A stretch of DNA of 63,961 bases, filler included, from Craspedostauros australis (GCA_030167865.1; 10 parts of 10 records of this genome joined end to end with filler, not necessarily neighbours in it), one strand, 5' to 3'. Counted from the whole stretch's first letter, positions 13,201 through 24,403 are shown. Translations and numbers: made by a program. The notes: generated from the sequence alone by a model not told the origin.

Positions 13201-14982
13201 TTCGGATGGTTGGTCAGAGGGCCCTACGGATGGGTCAGCAGACGGTACATCGGACGATTCGGATGGTTGAGATGAAGGTGCCGATGATGGATCCGCAGAT
13301 GGTACATCAGAAGCTTCAGATGGCTGTGATGAAGGTTCTGACGATGGATCCGCAGACGGCACATCTGATGACTCAGATGGCTGCGACGAGGGTGCCGACG
13401 ATGGATCCGCAGACGGTACATCCGATGACTCAGATGGTTGAGATGAAGGTGCCGACGATGGATCTGCAGACGGTACATCAGACGATTCGGATGGCTGTGA
13501 TGAGGGTGCCGATGATGGATCTGCAGACGGTACATCAGAAGCTTCAGATGGCTGTGATGAAGGTTCTGACGATGGATCCGCAGATGGTACATCTGATGAC
13601 TCAGATGGCTGTGACGAAGGTGCCGACGACGGATCCGCAGACGGTACATCAGACGATTCGGATGGCTGTGATGAAGGTTCTGACGACGGATCTGCAGACG
13701 GTACATCAGAAGCTTCAGATGGTTGAGATGAAGGTGCCGATGATGGATCTGCAGATGGTACATCTGATGACTCAGATGGCTGTGACGAAGGTGCCGACGA
13801 CGGATCCGCAGACGGTACATCAGACGATTCGGATGGCTGAGATGAAGGTGCCGATGATGGATCTGCAGACGGTACATCAGAAGCTTCAGATGGCTGTGAT
13901 GAAGGTNNNNNNNNNNNNNNNNNNNNNNNNNNNNNNNNNNNNNNNGATGGCTGTGATGAAGGTTCTGACGACGGATCTGCAGATGGTACATCAGACGATT
14001 CGGATGGCTGAGATGAAGGTGCCGATGATGGATCTGCAGACGGTACATCCGATGACTCAGATGGCTGTGATGAAGGTTCTGACGATGGATCCGCAGATGG
14101 TACATCAGATGACTCAGATGGCTGTGACGAAGGTGCCGACGACGGATCCGCAGACGGTACATCAGACGATTCGGATGGCTGAGATGAAGGTGCCGATGAT
14201 GGATCTGCAGACGGTACATCAGAAGCTTCAGATGGCTGTGATGAAGGTTCTGACGACGGATCTGCAGATGGTACATCAGACGATTCGGATGGCTGAGATG
14301 AAGGTGCCGATGATGGATCTGCAGACGGTACATCAGACGATTCGGATGGCTGTGATGAGGGTGCCGATGATGGATCTGCAGATGGTACATCAGAAGCTTC
14401 AGATGGCTGTGATGAAGGTTCTGATGATGGATCTGCAGACGGTACATCAGACGATTCGGATGGCTGTGACGAAGGTGCCGACGACGGATCTGCAGACGGT
14501 ACATCAGACGATTCGGATGGCTGAGATGAAGGTGCCGATGATGGATCCGCAGACGGTACATCAGAAGCTTCAGATGGCTGTGATGAAGGTGCCGATGATG
14601 GATCTGCAGACGGTACATCAGACGATTCGGATGGCTGTGACGAAGGTGCCGATGATGGATCTGCAGATGGTACATCCGATGACTCAGATGGCTGTGATGA
14701 AGGTTCTGACGACGGATCTGCAGACGGTACATCAGAAGCTTCAGATGGCTGTGATGAAGGTGCCGATGATGGATCTGCAGATGGTACATCTGATGACTCA
14801 GATGGTTGAGATGAAGGTTCTGACGATGGATCCGCAGACGGTACATCAGACGATTCGGATGGCTGTGATGAAGGTGCCGACGACGGATCCGCAGACGGTA
14901 CATCAGACGATTCGGATGGCTGTGATGAAGGTTCTGACGATGGATCCGCAGATGGTACATCTGATGACTCAGATGGCTGTGA
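1..14982 (-). CDS. Giant P/S/T-rich, acidic, mucin-like tandem-repeat glycoprotein (partial; both termini missing)
   Basis: The minus strand reads SQPSESSDVPSADP... from the scaffold edge at 14982, through PSSAPSEINATDTNATEIPSTI repeats, and continues in frame at ~1230 into ...INATDTNVTRAPSATPSTTSSPSQSWSPTTEVEQPVSAPNDFEDS. Frame jumps in the ORF track coincide with N gaps. Repeat variation respects codon structure. Confidence 0.88.
1230..12160 (-). repeat. 66-bp coding tandem repeat (22 aa: PSSAPSEINATDTNATEIPSTI), ~165 copies
   Basis: The 22-aa periodicity is clear in translation. Units are homogeneous centrally and degenerate at both edges. Copy number is span/66 and includes N gaps. Confidence 0.95.
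13200..14982 (-). repeat. 57-bp coding tandem repeat (19 aa: DVPSADPSSAPSSQPSESS), ~31 copies; degenerate 19-aa units continue to ~12180
   Basis: AGGTTCTGAC at 13561 recurs as AGGTGCCGAC at 13618 (57-bp period). The translations show 19-aa periodicity. Confidence 0.95.
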
Positions 14983-15082
14983 NNNNNNNNNNNNNNNNNN
15001 NNNNNNNNNNNNNNNNNNNNNNNNNNTTAATTAATTAANNNNNNNNNNNNNNNNNNNNNNNNNNNNNNNNNNNNNNNNNNNN
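14983..15082. other. Artificial scaffold-joining spacer (44N-TTAATTAATTAA-44N); further cores at 19658, 22048, 24348, 26362, 36195, 52024, 53764 and 61931
   Basis: An identical 12-mer with stops in all six frames occurs nine times, always centred in N runs. Confidence 0.97.
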
Positions 15083-16050
15083 TCAGTGTTGTGGGTCGCT
15101 GTCTCCGTGCCTCCCTTTTGTTTCTTGCCCTTTCTTTTGTCTGCAGCCATGACTGCGAGCAACTTGTGCAACCAAGCAATGATTCATCCCATCAACTTGT
15201 TCAGGCTTTACTCATGATTTACTCTGCTGGGATAATGTTCGATGGTGCCAGTGTGGCCTGCTTCAATTTCACGCTCGGAGTGTGCCTCTGTTGNNNNNNN
15301 NNNNNNNNNNNNNNNNNNNNNNNNNNNNNNNNNNNNNNNNNNNGGGATAATGTTCGATGGTGCCAGTGTGGCCTGCTTCAATTTCACGCTCGGAGTGTGC
15401 CTCTGTTGCGTAGTGAATCAATCAATGTAGTGCCACAAACATGGTTTGTAGCTGTCAACCGACTGCTATGCAATGGATTGTGAAATGAGTGGGGATGCTT
15501 TGTGCTGCTGGATGAGCTTTGTTGTTATGTCAGACCCACCATTCAGGAAGTTCCATACAGCACAGTTCAGGGGAGGAATGTCTTCACTGGAGGTACTGGG
15601 AAAGCAAGAATGTTGTGGTGGGTTTGTCAAGTCTTCTTGTGATGGAATACACCATCCCCTGTGATGTTCCGCAAGTTCTTGCTTGCCCTGCAGAACTTGT
15701 TCGTCTTTGGGTTCAGCTTGAGGAACTCTGTATGGAGCGTCTTGGATGATTGCTGATCTGCCTCTGGGAAATTTTGGGGAAGGCAAACGCCAAGAGCAAA
15801 CAGGATGCATCTTCAGGAACGTTCTCAGAATGATGCAAGAGGCCAAGGGAAAACCTCGTTCCTACAATGCACAGGATGTTTCCCTTTTTGTCTTCTGTCA
15901 CCCAATCGAGCGTTCATGTGAGTCAGTGGTTGTGGAAAAGGGATCCACAGTTGTGTGAGAAGGCAGATGAGGTTGGTACGGAACAAAGTGAAGCCATTCG
16001 TGTTGAATTTTCCGGTGTCCGTACGTCGTACGGGCGTGAGTCAGATCGAG

Positions 16051-16471
16051 TGTTGGTAACTGTAATCTGAGATCTTATGTCTATTTGGTAATGGTGATCC
16101 AATTTCTCTTCCTCTCTTGGTGGTGGTTGTTGGTTGCATCGTTGTCTCAGCCTGTTGTTGGTATCGATCGTCCATGATTGACGATCGCAGTTCATCGTGT
16201 TGTGTAGGTGGAGTCATTGTTATTCCTCCGTGGTATCTCGTCTTGTCCTTCATCTCTAGTCCTCTTTCGGCTACGTCGCCTGGACATTCGACTGTCCCGG
16301 CGATGCTTGTTCGCTTTCTCGGTTCATCTGGTCCATGACCGATAGTTTGGTCCATGACCTCTGAGTTGCGATCCAGACTAATTGTCAGGAGTTTTAGTCC
16401 TGTTGGTCAAGTTCTGCGTCTGTCCGTCTTCCGTGGCGCTACGTCATGCCATACTTCGACATCCTCCTTCT
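16051..16471 (-). mobile_element. Putative polypurine tract and 3' LTR of the copia element
   Basis: On the minus strand AGAAGGAGGA (16471-16462) is followed directly by TGTCGAAG at 16461. A candidate end ...GTTACCAACA lies at 16051, giving TGT...ACA termini. There is no second copy to confirm the boundary. Confidence 0.55.
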
Positions 16472-19010
16472 GGATTGCGGCGAATAGGTCTTTCTCATCC
16501 TCTTCGACTTCCAGTATGATGCGATCCCATTCTACTCGTACATGGATCATGCCATTTCGAATGTTGGTGCCATGTTGGGTCTGAAGCGATTCGTTCACGT
16601 TCTTCGTCATGATGTCACTCTCGTTTTTCTCCGAGTTGACGAATTTCACTTCGATGATCTTACGGCGACGAAGCTCTCTGATGAGATGGTATCTGACATC
16701 GATGTGTTTGGTCCGTTGGCCGACTTGCTGATTCTTGACCAGGTAGATTGCGCCGGTGTTGTCCTCCAGTATTATCCCTGGAGTCGTTATGTCGGTGATG
16801 TCTTCCATGAGCATCTGGATGAATTTGACTTCTTGTGCTCCGAGACTCAATGCGACATATTCTGCTTCTGTGCTCGAGAGTGTAGTGGATGTTTGGGTCT
16901 TTGAGATCCAGCTGATGATTGATCCACCAAGTGTGTGGATGGCTCCGCTTACACTTCTCCTGTTGTCCTTGTTGGTCGCGTAGTTGCTGTCGCACAGCGA
17001 GAGTACGCGTATCGCCTTTGGTCGGCGGTAGGTGAGCTTGATGTCTTCTCCAAGATAGCGCAAGTAGCCAACGAATCTGTCGACTTCCTTCCAGTGTTCA
17101 GCGCCTGGATTCGAGAAATGCCTTGTGAGTTCTCTCACAGCATTGGCTCCTTCGGGGAAGATCTTGGTGACAAGGTACATGATTTGGCCAACGATGCGGC
17201 GGTACATGGTCTGTTCGATTGGCTCTCCTTCGTTCTTGGTGAGGGTGACGCCTGGAGTTCCCGGTGTGTGCCATTCTCTGGTCTTCTTCTTCGTGTGATT
17301 CTTGTAGGTGTTGACAATCTTCTGCACAAGCTTGTCCATCTTCGCGATGATGAACTCCTCTCCGTTCTGGTCTTTGTGGAACGTGTAGTTGATGCCGAGA
17401 TGCTTCGCGAGCTTGCCTTCTTCTGTGAATTTGAAGCGCTTGCCGATGTTCTGTTTGAACCACTTGATCTCTGTTGGCATGCCGATGAGGAGTGTATCAT
17501 CAACAAAGCAGATGACAATGAGTGTTGTCTTCCGATACTTGTCCTTCTTCGTGAAGACGCATGGGTCTGCTTCCGATTGGGTCAATCCCATGGTCTCGAG
17601 AAGGTTTCGGTAGGTGTTGAAGAACTTGAGTGCGGCATCAACGTTGCCGTACATTGACTTCAGGAATAGCAACACATTGCTTCATTTCTCCTCCTCAGTG
17701 GTGAATCCGAGATCCACGAGTCCGTCCAGGATTTCGATGTACGTCGGCACGTCCATGTCTCCTTCGAGAAACGCTGCGGTGACGTCGATGACCTCGATGT
17801 TCCATTCCGGATGGTAGAGGTAAGAGAGGATGCCGACTCGGATGGATGAGTCCGTTGCGACGGGGGAGAAGCTTTCTTTGAAATCCTATCCAGGAATCTG
17901 CTCATATCCCTTGTTGCAACATCGACTCTTGAATCGGATGGTTCCGTCTGCTTGTTGTTTCTTGACGCAGACCCATTTCGTTCGCATGACTTTGCGTCTG
18001 GTCCTGCGTGCCTGTTCCCTTGGCACCTTCTTCCATACCTTCCTGGAGATGAAGTTCATAGCTTCTTCAGCCATGAACTTCCTCCATTCGTTGGATTCGG
18101 GTCCGGTGAGTGCCTGGCGAACGGTGGTGGGGACGTCGTCGGCTGCCATTGCTGTGAATACGAAGTCGATTGGTGTGTCTTCGTCTTCTCCGTTGGCGTT
18201 GGTGGTGAGCTTTGTTTGGTTGTGCATTCGGTGGTGCGGTTGGTCATGATTGGTGGTGTTGAGAACGATCTCGACCATGCTGGCTTTGTCGATCTCGGGG
18301 CTGGTAGCGTACCCATCGTCCTCCTGTGTTGGACGTTCGTTCTTGACTGGCAGTGGCGGTTGCGGTGCGCTGGTTACCGGTGGTGGGGTTTGGAGTATTG
18401 GCGTCGAAGTACCACGAGGAGGTGTCTCCGACTCATTCCTTCCTGCTTCGACGTCATACGATCCATCAGGAGCGGGATCGACCACCGTTTCGACATCGGC
18501 GCGATGTGGCGACGATTTCGGTTGGTCTATATTCGGATACATAGGCTTCACGACAGACGGGCTCGTCCCGGCTTCGTCGGCCCATGTGAGGACTCGGCCT
18601 GGTGGTCGCGGCGGAGCGTCCTCCTCAGTGGGAGTGCGGCTGACGCGGGCGACTTGGTAGGGCCGAGGGTTCTCCTCATGGCTTGGTGAGCCTCGTGCCG
18701 ATCGCTCCTGTGCGTTGGTAGCTGAGCTTGCCGCGGCGTCGGGGTACGCTTGTGGTGTCGCAAAGCGTAGGCTGGACAAGACGGGGTCCGGCTCGATGGT
18801 CGCGATCCCACTGCTGGTGACGAGTTTCTCGGACTGGGTGTTGCTCGTGGTTTCGGCGGTGTGCGCGGCGAGCGCGTCCTGGGTCACAGTCGGTGGCCGA
18901 GGCGTGGCAACGATTGGCCCGATGGGACCATCGCCGTCGTCGTCATCCACGAGATCAGGATACTTGACATAGATGCTCACCCCTTCCGTGGGGTGCATCC
19001 TGGTCCAATC
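16407..19010 (-). pseudogene. Ty1/copia pol remnant (integrase C-tail, Pro-rich linker, reverse transcriptase, RNase H)
   Basis: RT motifs: KWV, FKSRCCNKGYEQIPG, FSPVA, IDVTAAFLEG, KSMYG, DPCVF, CFVDD. RNase H motifs: CDSNYA, SSTEAEY, EDN, RTKHIDVRYH, DIMTK. In-frame stops: TAG 17886-17888 and TGA 17682-17684. Confidence 0.93.
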
Positions 19011-19535
19011 TGTTGGCAAGTTCCGCTCACGGTAACCTACGATCGTGGAAGATGGTGTTGGTTGATAGTCGTCTGTTTGCTATTTCATTACGTTGGCACT
19101 CTGATACTCTCGGTGTCCGTTCGTTCTCTTGCCCGATGCTCTCAGCGCTTCAATCTGTTTCGTAGATTCAGTCTCCGACTATGAGTCGGTACGCGAGATC
19201 CTCTCTCGCTCCTCTCTGTATTCTCTCTCTCTCTCTCTACATCGTGTGCTTGTGCTACACGATCCTCCGTGTTTGATGCGTACTCCGCATTCGACACTCT
19301 GTTCGTTCAGTACTGGTTCCTACTCCATGAGTACTTACCATTTGAAGTTCACCTTCAGTATCNNNNNNNNNNNNNNNNNNNNNNNNNNNNNNNNNNNNNN
19401 NNNNNNNNNNNNTCACCTTCAGTATCCATGATCTTCATGGGTCATCTGATCTTCACCTCCTGTTCTGACTTGGAGACAGATGTCGACGTGGTGACACGAT
19501 GACATCCTGTCGACGTCAGTAGGTGTCCTTCTGGG
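19011..19535 (-). mobile_element. LTR family A, copy 1 (partial), abutting and interrupting the copia pol
   Basis: Begins TGTTGGCAAG on the plus strand and is colinear with 51288-51979 and 62661-63364. Confidence 0.8.
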
Positions 19536-19778
19536 ACACGCGGCAAAATGTCGAGTATGACCCCAAAACCTCATGACTTAAATACGAACGACAGTTTCAG
19601 TGATGTTTGATATNNNNNNNNNNNNNNNNNNNNNNNNNNNNNNNNNNNNNNNNNNNNTTAATTAATTAANNNNNNNNNNNNNNNNNNNNNNNNNNNNNNN
19701 NNNNNNNNNNNNNGGACACATTTGGGCCCACAACTAGATCTGTTCTATTGGATTGAGTAATCTCTTGTGTTCCAGTGC

Positions 19779-20028
19779 TGTCCGGATTTGTCCAGATATG
19801 TCCAGATTTGTCCGGATTTGTCCAGTTTTGTCCAGATCTGTCCAGATTTGTCCAGATTTGTCCAGATCTGTCCGGATTTGTCCGTACGTGTCCGAATGGG
19901 TCGAGTCTGTCCGTATATGTCCNNNNNNNNNNNNNNNNNNNNNNNNNNNNNNNNNNNNNNNNNNNNNNNNNNTCTGTCCGGATTTGTCCGTACGTGTCCG
20001 AATGGGTCGAGTCTGTCCGTATATGTCC
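19779..20028. repeat. 10-bp tandem array (GATTTGTCCA/G), degenerating into a longer composite unit
   Basis: TGTCC recurs every 10 bp (gatttgtcca, gatatgtcca, gatctgtcca, gatttgtccg). Confidence 0.9.
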
Positions 20029-22103
20029 TACATAGTCCGTTAGATGCAAGTTCTTATTTCAATGTTCACGTCCTACAGAATCTGTAACTTTCTGTGGCAA
20101 AAAATACTTATCTCTAATTCGTGTCCTGTAAGACTCAAACTGGCTTTTTTCACTTTATTCTGGACAAATTGTTGGGTGTTCCAGAATTGCTGCGCCTCGA
20201 AGGGGCTGGGATGTCGCAACAACCACTGCTCCTCTTCATTCCTCTCGTCGCGTCACATGTGAACGCCAGGCCCAAGAGTTTTCCTTCACATTCGCGTTCC
20301 TCTGAGCCAAGGCTTTTTAATCTTCGTCGGGGGAGCGCTTTGCAGAAGACAGTGAAGCACATGGCGATGAGGTTGGTCTCAGTCTCGGTCTCGATTGTGC
20401 TTCTCTTCGCGCGCACGCTCGTGATGCGTTGCCACCGGCGATGCGGTTAACAATGTCGCTACTATTGGTGTTGTTGCTGATGATGCTGGTACGAATCTAT
20501 CTGCTCCCACGCTGCTCCTTGGGAAAGCAAAGCATTTCTAGAACATAGACAGAACATGTGTTTGGGGTGGTTGCGAGGACTGTTCGACTGCATCCTCGGC
20601 GAGTATACCACATGAATCACATTGAAGTGCGGCATCACTCTTGGCAACTCCATCGAACGCTCTGGATCTCTCGTGTTGCATTCCTGCATGCCTCTGTCTT
20701 CTGCCAATACGCCGGATCGTGGCGGCTTCACCGTACACGCGATGACGACACGCATTATCACATTGGCGGGTGTGCTTGATCTTTCAAGTTTTATCCGCTG
20801 AATGACCGAAGCGGGAGAATGGAGCCGGTCCGAGAATAACTTTGTGGGCATTGGAAGGCCACAAAAGCGCCAACACGTCTGGGTGCAAACATATCATGAC
20901 AGTAACACAACACAACCAGAATTAACACAGCCATTATTACGACTTTGATACTTTCGAATGCTGTGCATACTTGCGTGTCTCGTCACAGCATCAATTCAAC
21001 ACAAACGTCATTCCCAGAGTTTCTTGGTGACGCAAACCAATAAATAGAGCGGATCAAGAAATGCCATTGGTGAAGCACAACAGCTTTCAGTTGTCGGAGC
21101 TGGTCGTGATCACAACCTCAACGAGATAACATTTAGAAATGAGTGAAGGTGGTCACGGAGAAAATAGGAACTTGGTGGTGAACGCGCAAGGACCAATGTG
21201 TGCGGGTGTGATCCGTGTGTGTCGCAAGCGGTAGCTAGTGGGGCCTTGTCGACTCACTTCAGCAGTGGCGCACCACATCGCAACTTCTACCAACGACGTC
21301 AGCAACGCGAGTGCGAATGAAACGGCGTCAATCTCGTTCAATTCGTATGAATGCCATGCACACACATCAACAGGACAGGAACGAATCTCTTTGTTTTGAG
21401 ACCAGCTGTTATTGGTGTGGATCATGTTGTTGGACTGTGTTGAAGAGACGAAGGATCGAATGAGCTGTCATAAAAAACAATTGGCGAACAGATTGTCCTC
21501 CGAAGCGCAGCATCACCACACAGCAATCGACAAGCATTGCCAGGGTGATCACAAGCCTCTCTCCGGCCAAAGCCAGATTTAAACCAAAGGTACGTTCCGT
21601 TCAGCGATCAATTGCAAATGCAGGGTTGCAAGATGAATGATTGTGTGTAGGGCGAGGAGCCCATGACGGAAGGATTCGTTCGCAGCACTCATCCTGCCCG
21701 ACACAGCGTGCTGCCTCAAGCAGATGCACACATCGGGAGCATCAGCATCACAGGCAGCATCTGGGGAGGACGCTCCCATCGGATCAGCTGTCATCGTCAT
21801 GGGAGTGTGATGCGTTATGATGCCACGCGACCTCCACGCTTGTCGTTCTGATCGCATGCTTGCTTTGGCATGTTGGTGACGTGCTGTGTCATCACCTCCA
21901 ACTCTGCTCTACTCTGCCTGCCCAATACACTGCTGCCACGTTCTGTTACTCTGCCCAACTCAACTCAACCCCACATCTCTCGTGTTTCACCGGTACGAGT
22001 GCTNNNNNNNNNNNNNNNNNNNNNNNNNNNNNNNNNNNNNNNNNNNNTTAATTAATTAANNNNNNNNNNNNNNNNNNNNNNNNNNNNNNNNNNNNNNNNN
22101 NNN

Positions 22104-23774
22104 CCACTGATTCCTCCGCGCGGACACCTTCCCGGTCCTTCCCGAGCCTCAAACTTCGTGGGGACCTTGATGGTGACCTCCTGGATGTGTGTTGCCCATT
22201 CGTAGGCGTTGGTGTGGCCTGAGCATGGAATACACAGGCTACATCCAACGAGCCAATCTGCTGCAATTTTGAGACGTTTGCGCGGAGGCCTGCGGCGGCC
22301 CCAAATCAACCGCTCTCGCAGCCTCCGCTCGTCCACCCACCAANNNNNNNNNNNNNNNNNNNNNNNNNNNNNNNNNNNNNNNNNNNNNNNNNNCCATATC
22401 TCATCCACAGGACCCTTTCAGCCCCTCCACGTGACCCTCGTGCATTCCCACACTACCTGGCGACATGCTGATGCATCGAGACTGGGCTGGGTGTGGATGG
22501 TCCCGATGGCACACCTCCATTTGGTGATGGCCCTGTTGGTTTTCGGTGCCCCACCAAAAATGACAGGTATGCACTCATTCTATGCCGCAGCCTCTTCCAA
22601 ACCGTTGCAGCACCTCGAACTTCGCGACGTGCATCTTCAGGCGATGACGCACGGGTCTTGCATGGGTGACTTGGAGATTGGGCAGCTTGATGATGCTGCC
22701 CCCTCACTGCCAAAGTCACATGGCAGGTTCGCCACGATCCGCCCAACAAAACTCTTGCTCTCCACCTTTTCCTCCGCGCGGACACCTTCCCGGTCCTTCC
22801 CGAGCCTCAAACTTCGTGGGGACCTTGATGGTGACCTCTTGGATGTGTGTTTCCCACTCGTAGGCGTTGGTGTGGCCTGAGCATGGAATGCACAGGCTAC
22901 ATCCAACGAGCCAATCTGCCGCAATTTTGAGACGTTTGCGCGGAGGCCTGCGGCGGCTCCAAATCAACCGCTCTCGCAGCCTCCGCTCGTCCACCCACCA
23001 AAGGTTGCATCGCGGTGACGTCCATGTGCTTGGATTTGTCATTGGGCCGCTGGTTGGTGCGGCGCTGACAATGCCGTTGGGTGGCCATTGTGATGTTTTT
23101 TGGTGTTCCGCCATTGTCATCTTCTTGTGTCAGGTTTGGCGCTCTCGGCCAGTCGGGCATCCTGGGGGCTGAGGTAAATGTCAAACATTGCAACGCACGT
23201 ACGAAAAATGCATGACACAAAACACTTCGAGAGTACCAACCTCACTCAACCATTCCACCACAACAAGGCATTGGTGAGAACCTATCACATCGTGCTGTGA
23301 TTGGTGGTTCATGACNNNNNNNNNNNNNNNNNNNNNNNNNNNNNNNNNNNNNNNNNNNNNNNNNNACGGATTGGACACGCACAGAGTAGATTGGACGTAA
23401 ACGCGCACCCGCCGCTTCTCCCAGAACTCTACAACTAGCGCTATCGTGGTCAGGGTGTTGGATGCTCTGATCGGAACGCCTGAAAAAGAGACTAAACAAT
23501 TCAAAATGGGAACAACCTTGCTGAAACAAAGAACAGCAACGCGTTAACTTGGATCGATGTAGTCGTAGCCAAAAGGCTCAAACCCGAAGGAGATGGACGA
23601 ATGTGCAAATCCATCGATCCATAAAAGGTAAAAATAGGAGGAACCGGAAATCGTAAATGGATCAGTATATGTTTTAGATCTACTAGGATTGTGAATATGA
23701 GCTTAGTTTTTAAATCCGGGAAAAAAATATGGAATGTTGATTGCAAACAGTTGGTCGACTCGCTGATCGGGCTC
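22104..23774 (-). mobile_element. Dispersed repeat family B with GAGCCCGATCAG terminus (possible DNA transposon), with an internal direct duplication
   Basis: The reverse complement of ~23050-23774 is colinear with 35323-36150. Segment 22104-22343 is a slightly diverged copy of ~22765-23001. Confidence 0.65.
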
Positions 23775-24087
23775 ATAAACTGAGTGTTCTGGATGAGGCA
23801 CATGCTCTATACAAATGGTATCACATCGAATTTGTAGTATCACACCAAGGTACTCAGTATATGGTATGCACAAAGGAGCTCGAAGAAAGTTCAAAGGTCG
23901 CAGACATTTCAACCCACGTCATCATGTCCAGCAACGTGACAACCTGTCAGGCTTGCCGGGAACGTCATTGCAAAGGGCTCTCTCCAAAATTGCCGCGGCT
24001 CCCAAAACACTGAACGGCATCCAACCGAACTGCGAGCCGGCAAGGTGCTGCAAACTCGTCCGAGCGGAGTAGTAGACTGCTCCCCCT
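23775..24087 (-). repeat. Dispersed LTR-like repeat family C, copy 1, preceded by a PPT-like AGGGGGAG
   Basis: Its reverse complement closely matches 50730-51064. It is cut at GTTTAT by family B. Confidence 0.7.
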
Positions 24088-24109
24088 GTGACTCGTTGGT
24101 TTGTGACTG

Positions 24110-24303
24110 AATGGGCTCATAAGCTTGGCCAGTTGTGTTGAGACCATTGGAGTGAATTAGATTCCGGAAATTCCGGTTATTTCCAATGATGTGAGGAGGC
24201 CAAGCTGAGTTGGAAGCGGTCTAGTGAAATTGGTCCCTTGTAGATCAAGATAGGTGAGCGCTGTGAGTTGACCAATCTCGGATGGAAACTGTCCAGTGAA
24301 GTC
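24110..24303 (-). pseudogene. Leucine-rich repeat gene fragment (24-aa plant-type LRR)
   Basis: Translates DFTGQFPSEIGQLTALTYLDLQGTN / FTRPLPTQLGLLTSLEITGISGI* / FTPMVSTQLAKLMS, with an in-frame TAA at 24157-24159. Confidence 0.8.
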
Positions 24304-24403
24304 NNNNNNNNNNNNNNNNNNNNNNNNNNNNNNNNNNNNNNNNNNNNTTAATTAATTAANNNNNNNNNNNNNNNNNNNNNNNNNNNNNNNNNNNNNNNNN
24401 NNN

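Noticed and set aside
3256..14960. R/Q/H/M-rich repetitive ORFs, including the second half of the 2859-aa ORF and the 578- and 651-aa ORFs
   Set aside because: Alternative frames of the same repeat arrays. The apparent switch at ~8750 is caused by an N gap of arbitrary length.
1230..14982. Repeat arrays as a possible CRISPR or DGR-like system
   Set aside because: The units are contiguous codon-multiple repeats without unique spacers. There are no cas genes, the context is eukaryotic, and the nearby RTs are copia-type and on other scaffolds.
15027..15038. TTAATTAATTAA as a biological motif
   Set aside because: It is always centred in N padding and is a six-frame-stop assembly linker.
17682..17888. 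Programmed stop-codon readthrough in copia pol
   Set aside because: Two different stops inside RT fit mutational decay better.
20200..21860. Short ORFs here and at 15091-15958, 26643-27785 and 59000-60200
   Set aside because: No recognisable domains. They may be decayed sequence, but a call cannot be supported.
23768..23780. GTTTATGAGCCCG as a copia half-tRNA primer-binding site
   Set aside because: Better explained as the junction of repeat C (GTTTAT) with the family B terminus (GAGCCCG), each seen separately elsewhere in the window.
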